Below are positions 1-10,564 of a DNA stretch of 64,000 nt, in pieces. A model generated the notes under the pieces. The model was not told the origin of the DNA, searched no databases, and saw only the letters and a list, made by a program, of their open reading frames with translations. The DNA comes from an uncultured virus (IMG/VR IMGVR_UViG_3300008117_000029) (lineage: Duplodnaviria > Heunggongvirae > Uroviricota > Caudoviricetes): positions 62,001-126,000 of IMG/VR virus record IMGVR_UViG_3300008117_000029, one strand, 5' to 3'. The first letter of the stretch is position 1, and the number at the start of each line of letters is the position of its first letter. The translations under genes and the position numbers were made by a program.

Positions 1-1548
1 ATGATTGCAAATGTTAGTTTGAATTTCAAGTTCGTTGGGGGTAGCGGTCTAAAAGAATCTGTTGATAGATTACAAAACGCTTTGACATTCAATTATTATG
101 CGAATACTGAGATATATGATGACAGAGCCGATGTTACAGCACAAGAGGATTTCTTGAAAGTCTTAGATGACGAGTTTCTGGCAATGGCGGTTCCACCAAA
201 ACCACCTGCAGCTAATCAAGCGGCACCAAATAATGGACAAAATAATAACCAAACAATCGGTAGTATTCTAAACAGAACGAATCAACCTTTTGGTGAAAAC
301 GGAACTATTTCATATTCTGATTTCATGGTAAATTTTGTCAATCAAACTCAAACTTATTTTCAAAATGTTGTTAACAAACAAATTACAATCACATCTCAGT
401 ATAATAACGCGGTAAGGCAACAATGGATGGCTGAGAGAAATTATACATACGGAGGAACATCTGTGGATACCGCACCAGTATCAATATACATTTTTGGAAA
501 ACCAAATAATGTTGAGAACAGATTCAATCAGATATTTGCTAATTTGGAGGAAGACATTACAAATGATGATGACCAATTTATCAACTTCATTTCAGATACC
601 ACAAAAAATCTGACTCCAAGAGTAATAAATGCAATTAAGACAAACTATTCAAATGTTATTAAAAACAAGAGGGGTGTTTTCCAAAATGCCGTAACCCAAA
701 TAACACAAGAGTTGGTTACACTGGAGACACAATATATTCAAAGTTGGTCAAGAGCCAACATAATTACTTATGATTATACGACTGGTTTTGCTTTCGATGG
801 ATTCCAATCAGCGAAAGGTGATGTGACGGTTTATGAAATATCAGGATTATCTGAAGTAGATGTTTCATCCACTTCTGCAACTGATACCTTGGATGAGTTG
901 GTGATTGATTTACAAAAAGTGAGAGATAATATTTCAGAATTTAATGATATTATTTGGGCGACAAATTCTTTTGTTTATTCTCAAGACAATTTAACTTATG
1001 ATGGTGTTATGGTTTATAAAACTGAGAATGGAATTGCAGACGGAGCACCTTCAACCGACGTAGTGTTTGAACCTTTTTCAAAAAAGGATGAGTTCACAAA
1101 CGGTAATTTCAAAAGACAATATATGATATTCTCTGATGACATTTTGGATGACAAGAAATATCAAACATTCAAACAATCAATTATCGGAGACGTTATTAAT
1201 AACACTGCACTCATAGGAGATTCAACAGCCGACGTTAGTAAGATTTTTGACGACTTTTGGATTGTAAAATCCAAACCTTTATATATTGAGGAAAATAACA
1301 TAACTAAAGGATTCTTGGATAGTGTGGCTAAGAATGAGTTGAAAGATTTCTTAATCTATACACCATTCCCCAAAAAGAATAGAATCCTTGGATTTTCAAC
1401 GGAAAACGTGTTTCCTGACCCAAGTTTGTTCGACCTTGAAAAATCTTGGATTAAAAGTTTGGCTGCACAAACAAACAGCTCGAACGACCAAGCCACTTGG
1501 AATGATGACATTTCAGGGGCATTAATATCTAAAGCAAAACTTAACTAA
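1..1548 (+). CDS. C-terminal part of a large putative virion structural (baseplate/tail region) protein; probably truncated by the window edge
   Basis: Open from position 1 to TAA at 1546-1548; TAATG overlap with the gp53/LysM-like gene; no catalytic motif recognised. Confidence 0.55.
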   Translation: MIANVSLNFKFVGGSGLKESVDRLQNALTFNYYANTEIYDDRADVTAQEDFLKVLDDEFLAMAVPPKPPAANQAAPNNGQNNNQTIGSILNRTNQPFGENGTISYSDFMVNFVNQTQTYFQNVVNKQITITSQYNNAVRQQWMAERNYTYGGTSVDTAPVSIYIFGKPNNVENRFNQIFANLEEDITNDDDQFINFISDTTKNLTPRVINAIKTNYSNVIKNKRGVFQNAVTQITQELVTLETQYIQSWSRANIITYDYTTGFAFDGFQSAKGDVTVYEISGLSEVDVSSTSATDTLDELVIDLQKVRDNISEFNDIIWATNSFVYSQDNLTYDGVMVYKTENGIADGAPSTDVVFEPFSKKDEFTNGNFKRQYMIFSDDILDDKKYQTFKQSIIGDVINNTALIGDSTADVSKIFDDFWIVKSKPLYIEENNITKGFLDSVAKNELKDFLIYTPFPKKNRILGFSTENVFPDPSLFDLEKSWIKSLAAQTNSSNDQATWNDDISGALISKAKLN

Positions 1549-1871
1549 TGGCGTATCCATATTGGAATAGATATAGTCAATTTATCATTAATGGAGAACA
1601 AACAGTTGTCCCTTATGTTCAATTGCCTTCAAAACCAACCGATAAGGCTTACATTTATAAAGTTGGTAGAAGTAGGTTAGATAGAGTCTCACAAGAATAT
1701 TACAACTCACCATTTTTTGGTTGGTTGATATTACAAGCCAACCCTCAGTTTGGGGGTTTAGAAAATAATATTTTCGATGGTGCAATTTTGAGTATTCCAT
1801 TTCCATTGATACCATCATTACAAGATTATAAAGCGGCAATAGACAACCAATTCTTTTATTATGGCAGGTAA
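1548..1871 (+). CDS. Baseplate wedge gp53/P2 gpX-like LysM-fold protein
   Basis: 107 aa; RLDRVSQEYYNSPFFGWLILQANP...GAILSIP matches the LysM-like gp53/gpX pattern; lies just before a hub-like gene. Confidence 0.7.
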   Translation: MAYPYWNRYSQFIINGEQTVVPYVQLPSKPTDKAYIYKVGRSRLDRVSQEYYNSPFFGWLILQANPQFGGLENNIFDGAILSIPFPLIPSLQDYKAAIDNQFFYYGR

Positions 1872-4800
1872 TGTACAAGCGGACAACAGTGGGAATATCC
1901 TTGTCGAGTTTGATTATAACAACATTATCGTAGTCGACCCAAACAAAACAATTGATGCTTTCGGAAAGATAAGAGAAAGATTAGTCGACCACGAAAATTT
2001 AGTTATGTATGCTAACTTGGAAGCCGAAGTGTTACCAAGAACAAAACTTGCTGTGGGGGCATCACCCGAAGATAGAGTAAGAATTGTTTCAATAGCGAAA
2101 ATGAATTTTTTAAAACCGACAAAAGATTCATTCTTAGGAACAGGTTATTATGATGAGATTACTGGAGACAACACAACAAAGTTTAAAGGGGTCAATCAAA
2201 TGTATACGGGAACTGTTGTTCCTAAAGATGGGACTAAGGCTTATATAGTCGATAGACCAAATGATTTATCTGATGTGTTGGATAACGGTTTGTTGGGGAT
2301 TACACAAATCACTATCGACACAAACATGTCCTTCATACCAAGTGTGAGAATTTCTTTGGAGGATATTCAAGGAAGAGCCTTATTTCAGTTGGGTAATAAC
2401 TCACCCTATGCGGCTTTCTTTAACTTACCATATCCACCATTTTATCTAACACTCAAAGGTTTTTATGGTCAAGCAATAAGATATCAATTGAATTTGGAAA
2501 CCTTTAATGCCAGGTTCAACACGTTTAGTGGGAATTATCAAATTGATTTAGATTTCAAAGGATATAAGTTTAATATATTAAATGAGATTGCGGTAGGACA
2601 TCTTATTGCGACACCGCACATGTATTCTCAACAATTCAATGTAACAACAAACCCTGTTGGTCCACAATCTAATCTGAAATCACAGGAAACAAATGCTGCA
2701 ACCCAAACTAAACTTCTTACCGCCACAGACGGAAGACAAAATGAGAATACTGTCCAAATAACTGCAGAGAGAGGGTATCAAAAAATACGAGAAGTTTATA
2801 GTGAATATAAATCCAAGGGTTTGATACCTCCTGACTTCCCTGAGTATTCATTCCCACAATTTGTAAACGCTCTTGAGTTATTTGAACAAAACGTTGCTAG
2901 TCAGTTTAACCCTGTTGAAGTTGCGCCTTTGACTAACATTCGAAACTATAAAACTTCACTCAGAAACTATTTTGAAGGTGTAAGGGGAGGTCAAACGTCA
3001 TGGTTCAATAGATACTTGAACCCTAACCCAGTTATTCTAAAAACAGGTGAGAGAGCGTATTTCTTCAAAGAAATTGATTTGAAAGCTAAGTTAGAGGCCG
3101 AATCACAGTTACAGAAAATTATTACAGAATATAATTTACAACTTTCAAAAAATCCAACTTTAGGGGATGACGGACCATCTAAAATTACTAACCCGATTGT
3201 ATATTCTACAATTAGTATCAAACCAGCACCTACAGAAAGTCAGATTAATTGGGAGGAAACAACAAAAATCCAAACGGGTATTTTGAAACCGAATCCTACG
3301 CAGATTAATCAATTGAAAGACCAGCTAAAAAACTTAACAACACCAATATATGAAACAAAAAATGTAAACGGTCAAACAACATTAGAAGATGTAAGACCTC
3401 CTTTTTTTGTTTTTGAGGGTAAAAACAGATTTGACAAAATAATTGCACTTCTTGAAACCCAAGCAAATAAAAAACTTTCAGAGTTTGAAGACTCAATTAC
3501 GAAGAAACTCTTAGAAAAAATTGAGAGTGGAACAAACGGTATTGGCTTCAAACCAACAGTTAGAAATATTATCGCAGTTCTTATGGCATCAGCAGAGGCA
3601 TTCATAAGACTTTTAGACGATGTTCACACTTCGGCTTGGGCTTTAAAATATGATGATGTCAGAAAAAAGGCGATTCTAGAAAATCCATCGTCAGCACCTG
3701 GTTCAGATACCGTTGATGAAATTAAAATAACAAGACAAGCGATTGAAAGTTCAACAGGTTTAAAATACGCTGAAATACCTGTTTACCCATGGCCACAGTT
3801 TTTTGTTGAAACACCGGAGGATAAAAAAGGTAGATTCCAACTCAAATATATTGCAGACCCGACTGTTGTTGAGTTAACGGGAGGTTGGGACTATTCTAAA
3901 TGGCCAGAGGTGCAATTTGTGGAAGAATATATGAGAGGTCTCACCATGAAATTTAATCCCCCATTAGCGCCGCCACCTTTAGACAACCAAATAGAAACAA
4001 ATCTTATTAACATTAACGCAATTGAATTTCCAACAGTTGGGGTTGCATACACTAATAAAGAAGAGATTAAGTTCTTCTATGAAATCTATGAAAGACAATT
4101 GGTAACATCGAGATACTCTAATTACATTAGGGCTAATCAAAATCAAATAGATGAGTTAATTAAGTTAAATACAGAAACAGAAGTTAACAATATTGTTAAA
4201 AGTTTAGGATTAAATTCTCCATACATAACAATGAAGTTGAAGAATTACGCAATTAACTCAAGTAATTATTTGTCATTTTTGGAGAACATATCAAACCAAG
4301 GGACTGGAAGAGCATGGCAAGATTTTATTAGGGATTTTTATGTAACACCATACTTGAGAAATTTGACTGAAAATTCATTTGCAATTCTGAATTTAGATGA
4401 ACAGGGTAAGCTACCTCAATCCACAGCACAGTCTTTAGCATTGGAAAGTTTGGTAACAAATTCAACGAACATACCAAATGTGACAGATACTATCCCTTTC
4501 ACGGACCCTCAGTGGAATATAAAAAATTTATCGAACGGAGATGGGTCAACTTTGGATGAAGTATATAACACCAACCGAGTTCTTACAATTTTTGACGCTA
4601 GAAAAATAATATCAAATTTCAACAACATTTATAACGTCAATGAAAAAAGACCAGTTACAAATTTTTCATATCTAAAAAATGACAACCCTAATTCAACAGT
4701 TACTGATTTGGCTGACAATGATGTTAGTTTGAGTTCTTTTTATCAAACGAGAACCCCGATTGACTTCATGGCGACCGAGGGTTACTATATTCACACCCCA

Positions 4801-7800
4801 CCAACTTTTTCTGAAGATGTCCCGTTAGAAAACGAGTTTCCGAGATTGACAACTACGTCAATGTTGAACACACCATATTTTGTTAATGCAATACAGAATG
4901 GGGTTCAGAACCAAAGAGCGAGCTTAGCGTATCCATACGTTCAAGCAGGTTATCTTTTTATAAATTCTTTACCTTTAGCTTCCTTGAGAGAAAAATATAA
5001 AACACAAGCCAATGGTGCCCAAACTGATTTAGATTATATTGCATCATGTTTCAAAAAATTTGGTGCAATTCACAAACTACCCTATGCTTGGATTTTGAAA
5101 TTTGGTTCGATATGGCATAGATACAAAGTCTACAAGCAATCGAATACAGATATATTACAAACAGCGTGGACAAATTTTAATCAAGTTCAAAACTTTTCGC
5201 CAATACAGAACTCTCCAAGTCAAACTTATTCATTCAAATATGGAACTGCTGATAGAGAAATTGCTTTGGAAAAAACAGATACAACTAATGTGAATCTACA
5301 GGTTGGATTTTACCCTAAAGTGATAAATGATTTTTATAAGTTTTGTATAGGTTATGATGTATATAAAGACTATACAAATGCCGAAATTCAGAACACCATT
5401 AAAGGTGGTATGAAAGTCTACAACTACGTTCAATCGAATATACAAACCCAACAGGAAGATAAAGTTCTGAGACTTACAACTTGGTCCGTTCTAATCCCTG
5501 GTGGGATTTCATCTACTGAGGAAAATTGTGGAACTGATAGTGTGACGAAACAAACAATTTATTTTGTTGTTCCATCCTTCGGTTCTTCCGTTAACCAAAC
5601 ATCAGACGAGTGTATTGTAAATACAAATAATCAATCAAGTACAGTTGTTAATTTAAATAATAATAGTGCGGTTTACAACGGTTCTGTAAGAACAATGTGG
5701 TCGGCTCCTAACTATGGGTATTTTGACGGTTCAGCGGTTGTCAAACCAACTCCAGAACAATACGTTAATAGAATTTTACCTAACACTGACGAACAATCAC
5801 CATTCATATTATTAGATTCTAATGAGTATTCGAACATTGAAGAGATTTTTTCGGTTTTCGATAAAAAAATATTAGATAGTTTTGAACAAGAGTTTTTAAA
5901 CTTCTGTAAGCCAATTACTGATGCAGATACAGCACCAACAAATCTTGGTATTGGTGAAACCTCAGTATCAGGTGATATTAATTTTAGAAACTTCCAATCC
6001 TTATTCAAAAGTTTGATTACCGTGATTCCACAACTTCCGGCAACAAATGAAACAGAGTATTTCAACGAAGTTATAAATTTACAATATTCAAATTCTCAGA
6101 ACACACTCAGAGCCTTCATGGAATATGATGTTCTTTTTAAATATGGAAATCCTTCAAATTACAAGAGAAGAACTTTGGATTCCTACCTTTCACATGGTGG
6201 ACAACCTGAGGTTACTGACCCTATACAATTTCAACCATATGTTCAAGGTTCTTTACCGAGTATAGGCGGGTCAACAACATTGACTCTTTCAAAGACACAA
6301 AATGTTGATGCTTGGTTAGCTTTGGAACTTGAAGTTGGATTCTCATCCATACCGAGTGTTGAGTATTCTTCGAATGGTTCTTACATAACTGATTTCTTCA
6401 TAGATAACAACATCGAATTTACCTTACCCAACGTTACAATACTGAGTCCTATAATAAAGATGTATGCAACTTATAAGTTGAGTAATCCAAATTCTACCGT
6501 CGCTCAGTTCAAGAACGCTCTACAGGATTTACTAAATTCTGAGGAATTATTACAAAGTAATTTCTTGAATGACCTATTGGCTAAGCTTAACAAGGCATTA
6601 CCAAATCAAAGTCAAATACCTCAAGGAACGATAAATAGTGTTTTTACGGGACAACAAAGTAAAGTCGAGAACTGGGAAGTGTTCAAAGCCTTAAATGATA
6701 AATGGATTGCTGGTGGTGATTACAAAACAAAAACTCTATTCGAAGACATTTTATTCTTGGATAGGGCTTCAAGAAACATTGGACAGACCGTTCTCTTAGA
6801 TATCTTCGAGTTGAAAAATATGATTGGAAGAAACTCTCTGAATAATGCCATGAGTATCTTCACTTTGATAAGTGGTATTCTAATTAAGAATAACTTTACA
6901 GTAATGAACCTTCCGGCTTATGTAAACTTCTATAATATTCAAGATGTGGACGGAACAACAATACCTCAACCTGAGGGTTCTTTGGAATTTGCAAATAACA
7001 TGTGGGGAACTTTCTTGAATGTTGATTATAGAAATTCATCACCTAAAATGGTTTGCACATATGTTGGAAAACCATCACAATATTTGGATTTACCAAAAGG
7101 AAATTTCAGATTTCGTGATGATGGATTTGAAATGAGAAGGGCGTCTGAAAATCCTTTGATTGAGAATCAGGAGGGAAAAAAAGACTGGGCGACATCAAAT
7201 AAGTGCGTTGGTTTTAATGTCGATATCGGAAATAGAAATCAAAACATATTCTATTCATTCCAAGTCGAGCAAGCGTCAGGAGTGGCAACCTCGGAATCAA
7301 TTAACACTCAATTGAATATTGTAAACCAATCCACAGGTAGAAATGTCGCAACACAAAACGTGTCACTCTATAATCTTTATAAACAAAGAAGTTATAAATG
7401 TTCTGTGGTTTGTTTAGGAAATGCTATTATTCAACCAACAATGTATTTCAATTTGAGACATGTCCCAATGTTTAACGGACCTTATCTGATTGATAGTATC
7501 AACCACTCTATACAGCCTGGAAATTTCCAAACAACCTTTACTGGTATCAGACAAGGAATTTATGATTTACCTGCAATTGATTCTTTCCTACAAAGTATTA
7601 ATCAAAACTTATTAACAAGATTGGAGGCAATTTTGAAAATTAAGAAAGACGTTCCTAAACCTATTGCTAATACACAACAACAGAAAACAGACGAAGTAGT
7701 TCAGGTTTCAAATAATACATTGGATGCTCAAAATAGTTGCACATCAAAAGTTGACGTGATAACATATCAAGGATATGAGGTTCAATCTGGAACCGTAACA

Positions 7801-9549
7801 GAACTCACACCTCAGAAGTTCAAGGAGGCATTGGAAAGAGAAATTCCTGGTTCAGACAACACATTATTGAGATTCTACATATATGCGATTTCATATGTGA
7901 ATAGTTTTGTCAAAAGCTCGAACACAGATGCGGGAAAGTTTGTTGGATATAATCACAACTTTTCATTATTATCACTCGATAAAAATTTCCAACCAATTCA
8001 AACAACAAATTTATATTTCAATAAAAAATATTGTTGTGTTAACGTGACATCCTCAGGTTCGTCAAATTCATTACCAATTGCTGCATTCAATAGTCTCAAG
8101 GAATATATTGGTTTTATGAGGTCTAGATTGGAAAACAATTTGGAAAGAATTAGACAATTGAAATTAACAAAATATTACGTGTGTTATTGGCCGAAAGAGA
8201 GTGTTGCTGAGAACTACTACGAGTTGAATGCCGAGTCAGAATTTTCAACGGTGATTGGAACAATGCAAGAAGCCTATGTTTCTGCGGTTCAACTTGGAAT
8301 AATACCAAAAGAATTAGCAGAAAAGAATGATAAGGAAGCAAAAGAGATTCAAAAAGATACAACAGTCCCTACACCTCCACCACCTAATCCTGGACAAACA
8401 TGCCCACCTCCAATCATAACAACATTTGCGCCAACGATTGGTAACTCAGGAACAATAGTTCAAATCAAAGGTAACTGCTTGGATTCAACAATAGCCGTAT
8501 TCATAAACGGTGTTCAAGTTGAACCGAGAAATATAACCATAGTCAATCCTCAAACTATTAGAGTAGTTGTCCCCGAAGTGGGAACTACAGTATCAACAGG
8601 AAACATTAAAGTCGATACTTTCTATGGAACATTTACAACAGTTTCTACTTTCAATTTTGACCCATCAATTTCACCATCAGCGGCTTCATCTCCAGGTTCA
8701 TATGTAAACAACGCAAGTAATGTTACTGCGGCTGCATCAGGTGTTATTACTAATCCACAACAGACTGGACCAAATCCTCTTGAGATTATAACTCAAACCA
8801 AAAACACAATTGGTGGTGATGAGTTGTTAGTTGTTAAAATATCTCCTAATAGTGGAACGTGGGAGATGGATGACCAACCCGTAATGTCCTACACATTATA
8901 TACAATAAAGAAGGGTCCAAATAATTCAATCACAAGAACTGTTGAAAGTAGACAAAACACTAGACTTGTTGGTTTCGTTTCTCAAGATAAACAAACATTC
9001 ACCTGTTCGAGAGCGGCATTAATAAGTGCTGAGTTTCAGGGTGAACTTGAGGACTATGAGGGCGACGAAATAGAAATAACAACACAAATTAAGATATTAG
9101 CTAATAATACGTCAACACAGGAAACAGTCCGACAAAATTACAATTTTTTAATTTATGTTCCACCTGCAACCCCATCGACCCAAACACCGCCAGGCTCATT
9201 AGTTATAGTGAGTAATACTAACAGTGGTGAACTACCTAATTTTTCGGGACCCGACATCTACAATATTAAAAAACCTACGGGAGGTTATGTTACTTTACAA
9301 TTCAGTTGTCCGAACTTGATTCAGAAAGGTGAATTTGAGTTAGTTTTAATACCTGAGATAGAAATTCAGTCCATTGTAATAACAAATAATCCTGGCACAA
9401 AATATACTAATTTGGTTGAGACAAGTGCAAAAGGTAGATTCCAAGCTTCCGTAAGATATAAATCGAGCAGTTATACACACATCTTCCCGAACACATCAGA
9501 CCCTGTTCCTATAAATGCCGGAGCAACAAGTCCTCCTTTCACTTTATAA
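1861..9549 (+). CDS. Very large baseplate hub-like protein (gp27/gpD-like motifs) with an IPT/TIG Ig-like domain near the C-terminus
   Basis: 2562 aa; CSVVCLGNAIIQPTMYFNLRHVPMFNGPYLIDSINHSIQPGNFQTTFTG (~7387-7551) resembles the end of gpD/gp27-type hubs; PIITTFAPTIGNSGTIVQIKG...IRVVVP (~8401-8661) is IPT/TIG-like. Confidence 0.6.
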   Translation: MAGNVQADNSGNILVEFDYNNIIVVDPNKTIDAFGKIRERLVDHENLVMYANLEAEVLPRTKLAVGASPEDRVRIVSIAKMNFLKPTKDSFLGTGYYDEITGDNTTKFKGVNQMYTGTVVPKDGTKAYIVDRPNDLSDVLDNGLLGITQITIDTNMSFIPSVRISLEDIQGRALFQLGNNSPYAAFFNLPYPPFYLTLKGFYGQAIRYQLNLETFNARFNTFSGNYQIDLDFKGYKFNILNEIAVGHLIATPHMYSQQFNVTTNPVGPQSNLKSQETNAATQTKLLTATDGRQNENTVQITAERGYQKIREVYSEYKSKGLIPPDFPEYSFPQFVNALELFEQNVASQFNPVEVAPLTNIRNYKTSLRNYFEGVRGGQTSWFNRYLNPNPVILKTGERAYFFKEIDLKAKLEAESQLQKIITEYNLQLSKNPTLGDDGPSKITNPIVYSTISIKPAPTESQINWEETTKIQTGILKPNPTQINQLKDQLKNLTTPIYETKNVNGQTTLEDVRPPFFVFEGKNRFDKIIALLETQANKKLSEFEDSITKKLLEKIESGTNGIGFKPTVRNIIAVLMASAEAFIRLLDDVHTSAWALKYDDVRKKAILENPSSAPGSDTVDEIKITRQAIESSTGLKYAEIPVYPWPQFFVETPEDKKGRFQLKYIADPTVVELTGGWDYSKWPEVQFVEEYMRGLTMKFNPPLAPPPLDNQIETNLININAIEFPTVGVAYTNKEEIKFFYEIYERQLVTSRYSNYIRANQNQIDELIKLNTETEVNNIVKSLGLNSPYITMKLKNYAINSSNYLSFLENISNQGTGRAWQDFIRDFYVTPYLRNLTENSFAILNLDEQGKLPQSTAQSLALESLVTNSTNIPNVTDTIPFTDPQWNIKNLSNGDGSTLDEVYNTNRVLTIFDARKIISNFNNIYNVNEKRPVTNFSYLKNDNPNSTVTDLADNDVSLSSFYQTRTPIDFMATEGYYIHTPPTFSEDVPLENEFPRLTTTSMLNTPYFVNAIQNGVQNQRASLAYPYVQAGYLFINSLPLASLREKYKTQANGAQTDLDYIASCFKKFGAIHKLPYAWILKFGSIWHRYKVYKQSNTDILQTAWTNFNQVQNFSPIQNSPSQTYSFKYGTADREIALEKTDTTNVNLQVGFYPKVINDFYKFCIGYDVYKDYTNAEIQNTIKGGMKVYNYVQSNIQTQQEDKVLRLTTWSVLIPGGISSTEENCGTDSVTKQTIYFVVPSFGSSVNQTSDECIVNTNNQSSTVVNLNNNSAVYNGSVRTMWSAPNYGYFDGSAVVKPTPEQYVNRILPNTDEQSPFILLDSNEYSNIEEIFSVFDKKILDSFEQEFLNFCKPITDADTAPTNLGIGETSVSGDINFRNFQSLFKSLITVIPQLPATNETEYFNEVINLQYSNSQNTLRAFMEYDVLFKYGNPSNYKRRTLDSYLSHGGQPEVTDPIQFQPYVQGSLPSIGGSTTLTLSKTQNVDAWLALELEVGFSSIPSVEYSSNGSYITDFFIDNNIEFTLPNVTILSPIIKMYATYKLSNPNSTVAQFKNALQDLLNSEELLQSNFLNDLLAKLNKALPNQSQIPQGTINSVFTGQQSKVENWEVFKALNDKWIAGGDYKTKTLFEDILFLDRASRNIGQTVLLDIFELKNMIGRNSLNNAMSIFTLISGILIKNNFTVMNLPAYVNFYNIQDVDGTTIPQPEGSLEFANNMWGTFLNVDYRNSSPKMVCTYVGKPSQYLDLPKGNFRFRDDGFEMRRASENPLIENQEGKKDWATSNKCVGFNVDIGNRNQNIFYSFQVEQASGVATSESINTQLNIVNQSTGRNVATQNVSLYNLYKQRSYKCSVVCLGNAIIQPTMYFNLRHVPMFNGPYLIDSINHSIQPGNFQTTFTGIRQGIYDLPAIDSFLQSINQNLLTRLEAILKIKKDVPKPIANTQQQKTDEVVQVSNNTLDAQNSCTSKVDVITYQGYEVQSGTVTELTPQKFKEALEREIPGSDNTLLRFYIYAISYVNSFVKSSNTDAGKFVGYNHNFSLLSLDKNFQPIQTTNLYFNKKYCCVNVTSSGSSNSLPIAAFNSLKEYIGFMRSRLENNLERIRQLKLTKYYVCYWPKESVAENYYELNAESEFSTVIGTMQEAYVSAVQLGIIPKELAEKNDKEAKEIQKDTTVPTPPPPNPGQTCPPPIITTFAPTIGNSGTIVQIKGNCLDSTIAVFINGVQVEPRNITIVNPQTIRVVVPEVGTTVSTGNIKVDTFYGTFTTVSTFNFDPSISPSAASSPGSYVNNASNVTAAASGVITNPQQTGPNPLEIITQTKNTIGGDELLVVKISPNSGTWEMDDQPVMSYTLYTIKKGPNNSITRTVESRQNTRLVGFVSQDKQTFTCSRAALISAEFQGELEDYEGDEIEITTQIKILANNTSTQETVRQNYNFLIYVPPATPSTQTPPGSLVIVSNTNSGELPNFSGPDIYNIKKPTGGYVTLQFSCPNLIQKGEFELVLIPEIEIQSIVITNNPGTKYTNLVETSAKGRFQASVRYKSSSYTHIFPNTSDPVPINAGATSPPFTL

Positions 9550-9559
9550 CATAACAATA

Positions 9560-9567
9560 TATTTATA
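9560..9567 (+). promoter_or_regulatory. TATTTATA motif, candidate late promoter
   Basis: 12 nt before ATG 9580; same core recurs before many structural genes. Confidence 0.55.
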
Positions 9568-9579
9568 ATAAAGAATTTT

Positions 9580-9804
9580 ATGAGTTTAAAATCAACATTG
9601 GACAATTATTTAGGAAAATCGGTTAAATTTTCTGAAGAAGATTTGGGTGATGGAACTAAACAAGTTTGCGACTTAGAAACAGGAGACTGTTACGTAGTTA
9701 GAGAAAGAGATGGTCTAATCGAAAGAGCCGGACACATGCAAACTGCAAACAGAAAAGTAAGGGTTGAAACTTCAAGAGGTATAAAGCAATTACTAAATGG
9801 TTAA
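9580..9804 (+). CDS. Hypothetical protein (74 aa)
   Basis: ATG start after TATTTATA motif; overlaps next gene. Confidence 0.7.
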   Translation: MSLKSTLDNYLGKSVKFSEEDLGDGTKQVCDLETGDCYVVRERDGLIERAGHMQTANRKVRVETSRGIKQLLNG

Positions 9805-10480
9805 AACTATGAGTTTAGATAGAAAAATTATTAGCGAGATTGAACGCTACAGACAAATTAACAAATACATTGTAGAACAAGCAGAACTACCATTACCTGA
9901 AGACCCAGGTGCAATTCCTCCTCCGCCAGCAGCACCCGAAGCCGGAGCGGTTCCCCCACCACCAGCTGGTGAGGAACCAGCTACAGACACAGCACCTCAA
10001 CCTATTGATGTAGAGAATGACCCTGACGTAGAGAAAATTGACGATGAGGGAAAATCAGAAGAGGGTGAAGGTGATGGAACTGAAGAGGTAGAAGTTACTG
10101 ATTTAGTGGATAGTCAAAAAAACATCGAAAAGAAACAAGATGAGTATTTTAATAATTTATTTGGTCAATTAAATAACCTCGAATCCAAGCTCAAGGAAAT
10201 GGATGGACTTATGTCTAAACTTAACTCTTTGGAGATGAAGATTGAAAAGTATAGAGAGAAAACTCCACAAGAAAAGTTAGAACTAAGAACATATGATTCA
10301 TATCCATTCAATCAAAAACTTACAGACTTTTTTGAGGATAAAAAAGAAGAGATGGAAAAAACAGGTAAACATGATTATGTGTTAACAACGGATGATGTTA
10401 AAAACATCAACGTGAATGATATCAAAAACTCATTCCAACCTGGTGATGTAGATAGTTACGAAAACGAATTTAACAGATAA
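9797..10480 (+). CDS. Acidic, Pro-rich, coiled-coil hypothetical protein (possibly virion/head-associated)
   Basis: 227 aa; PPPPAAPE and E/D-rich segment, heptad-like LNNLESKLKEMDGLMSKLNSLEMKI; followed by a terminator; start could be 9809. Confidence 0.7.
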   Translation: MVKTMSLDRKIISEIERYRQINKYIVEQAELPLPEDPGAIPPPPAAPEAGAVPPPPAGEEPATDTAPQPIDVENDPDVEKIDDEGKSEEGEGDGTEEVEVTDLVDSQKNIEKKQDEYFNNLFGQLNNLESKLKEMDGLMSKLNSLEMKIEKYREKTPQEKLELRTYDSYPFNQKLTDFFEDKKEEMEKTGKHDYVLTTDDVKNINVNDIKNSFQPGDVDSYENEFNR

Positions 10481-10483
10481 AAT

Positions 10484-10507
10484 AAAGGGACTGAAAGGTC
10501 CCTTTTT
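10484..10507 (+). terminator. Rho-independent terminator
   Basis: AAAGGGAC-TGAAAG-GTCCCTTT followed by TT, directly after stop 10480. Confidence 0.8.
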
Positions 10508-10510
10508 AAT

Positions 10511-10539
10511 TTGACATATAGGGATTTCCCAATTATAAT
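10511..10539 (+). promoter_or_regulatory. Consensus sigma70-type promoter for the replication block
   Basis: TTGACA (10511-10516), 17-nt spacer, TATAAT (10534-10539), right after a terminator and 25 nt before the SSB ATG. Confidence 0.7.
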
Positions 10540-10564
10540 TAATAAACAATAAAAACAATTCAAA

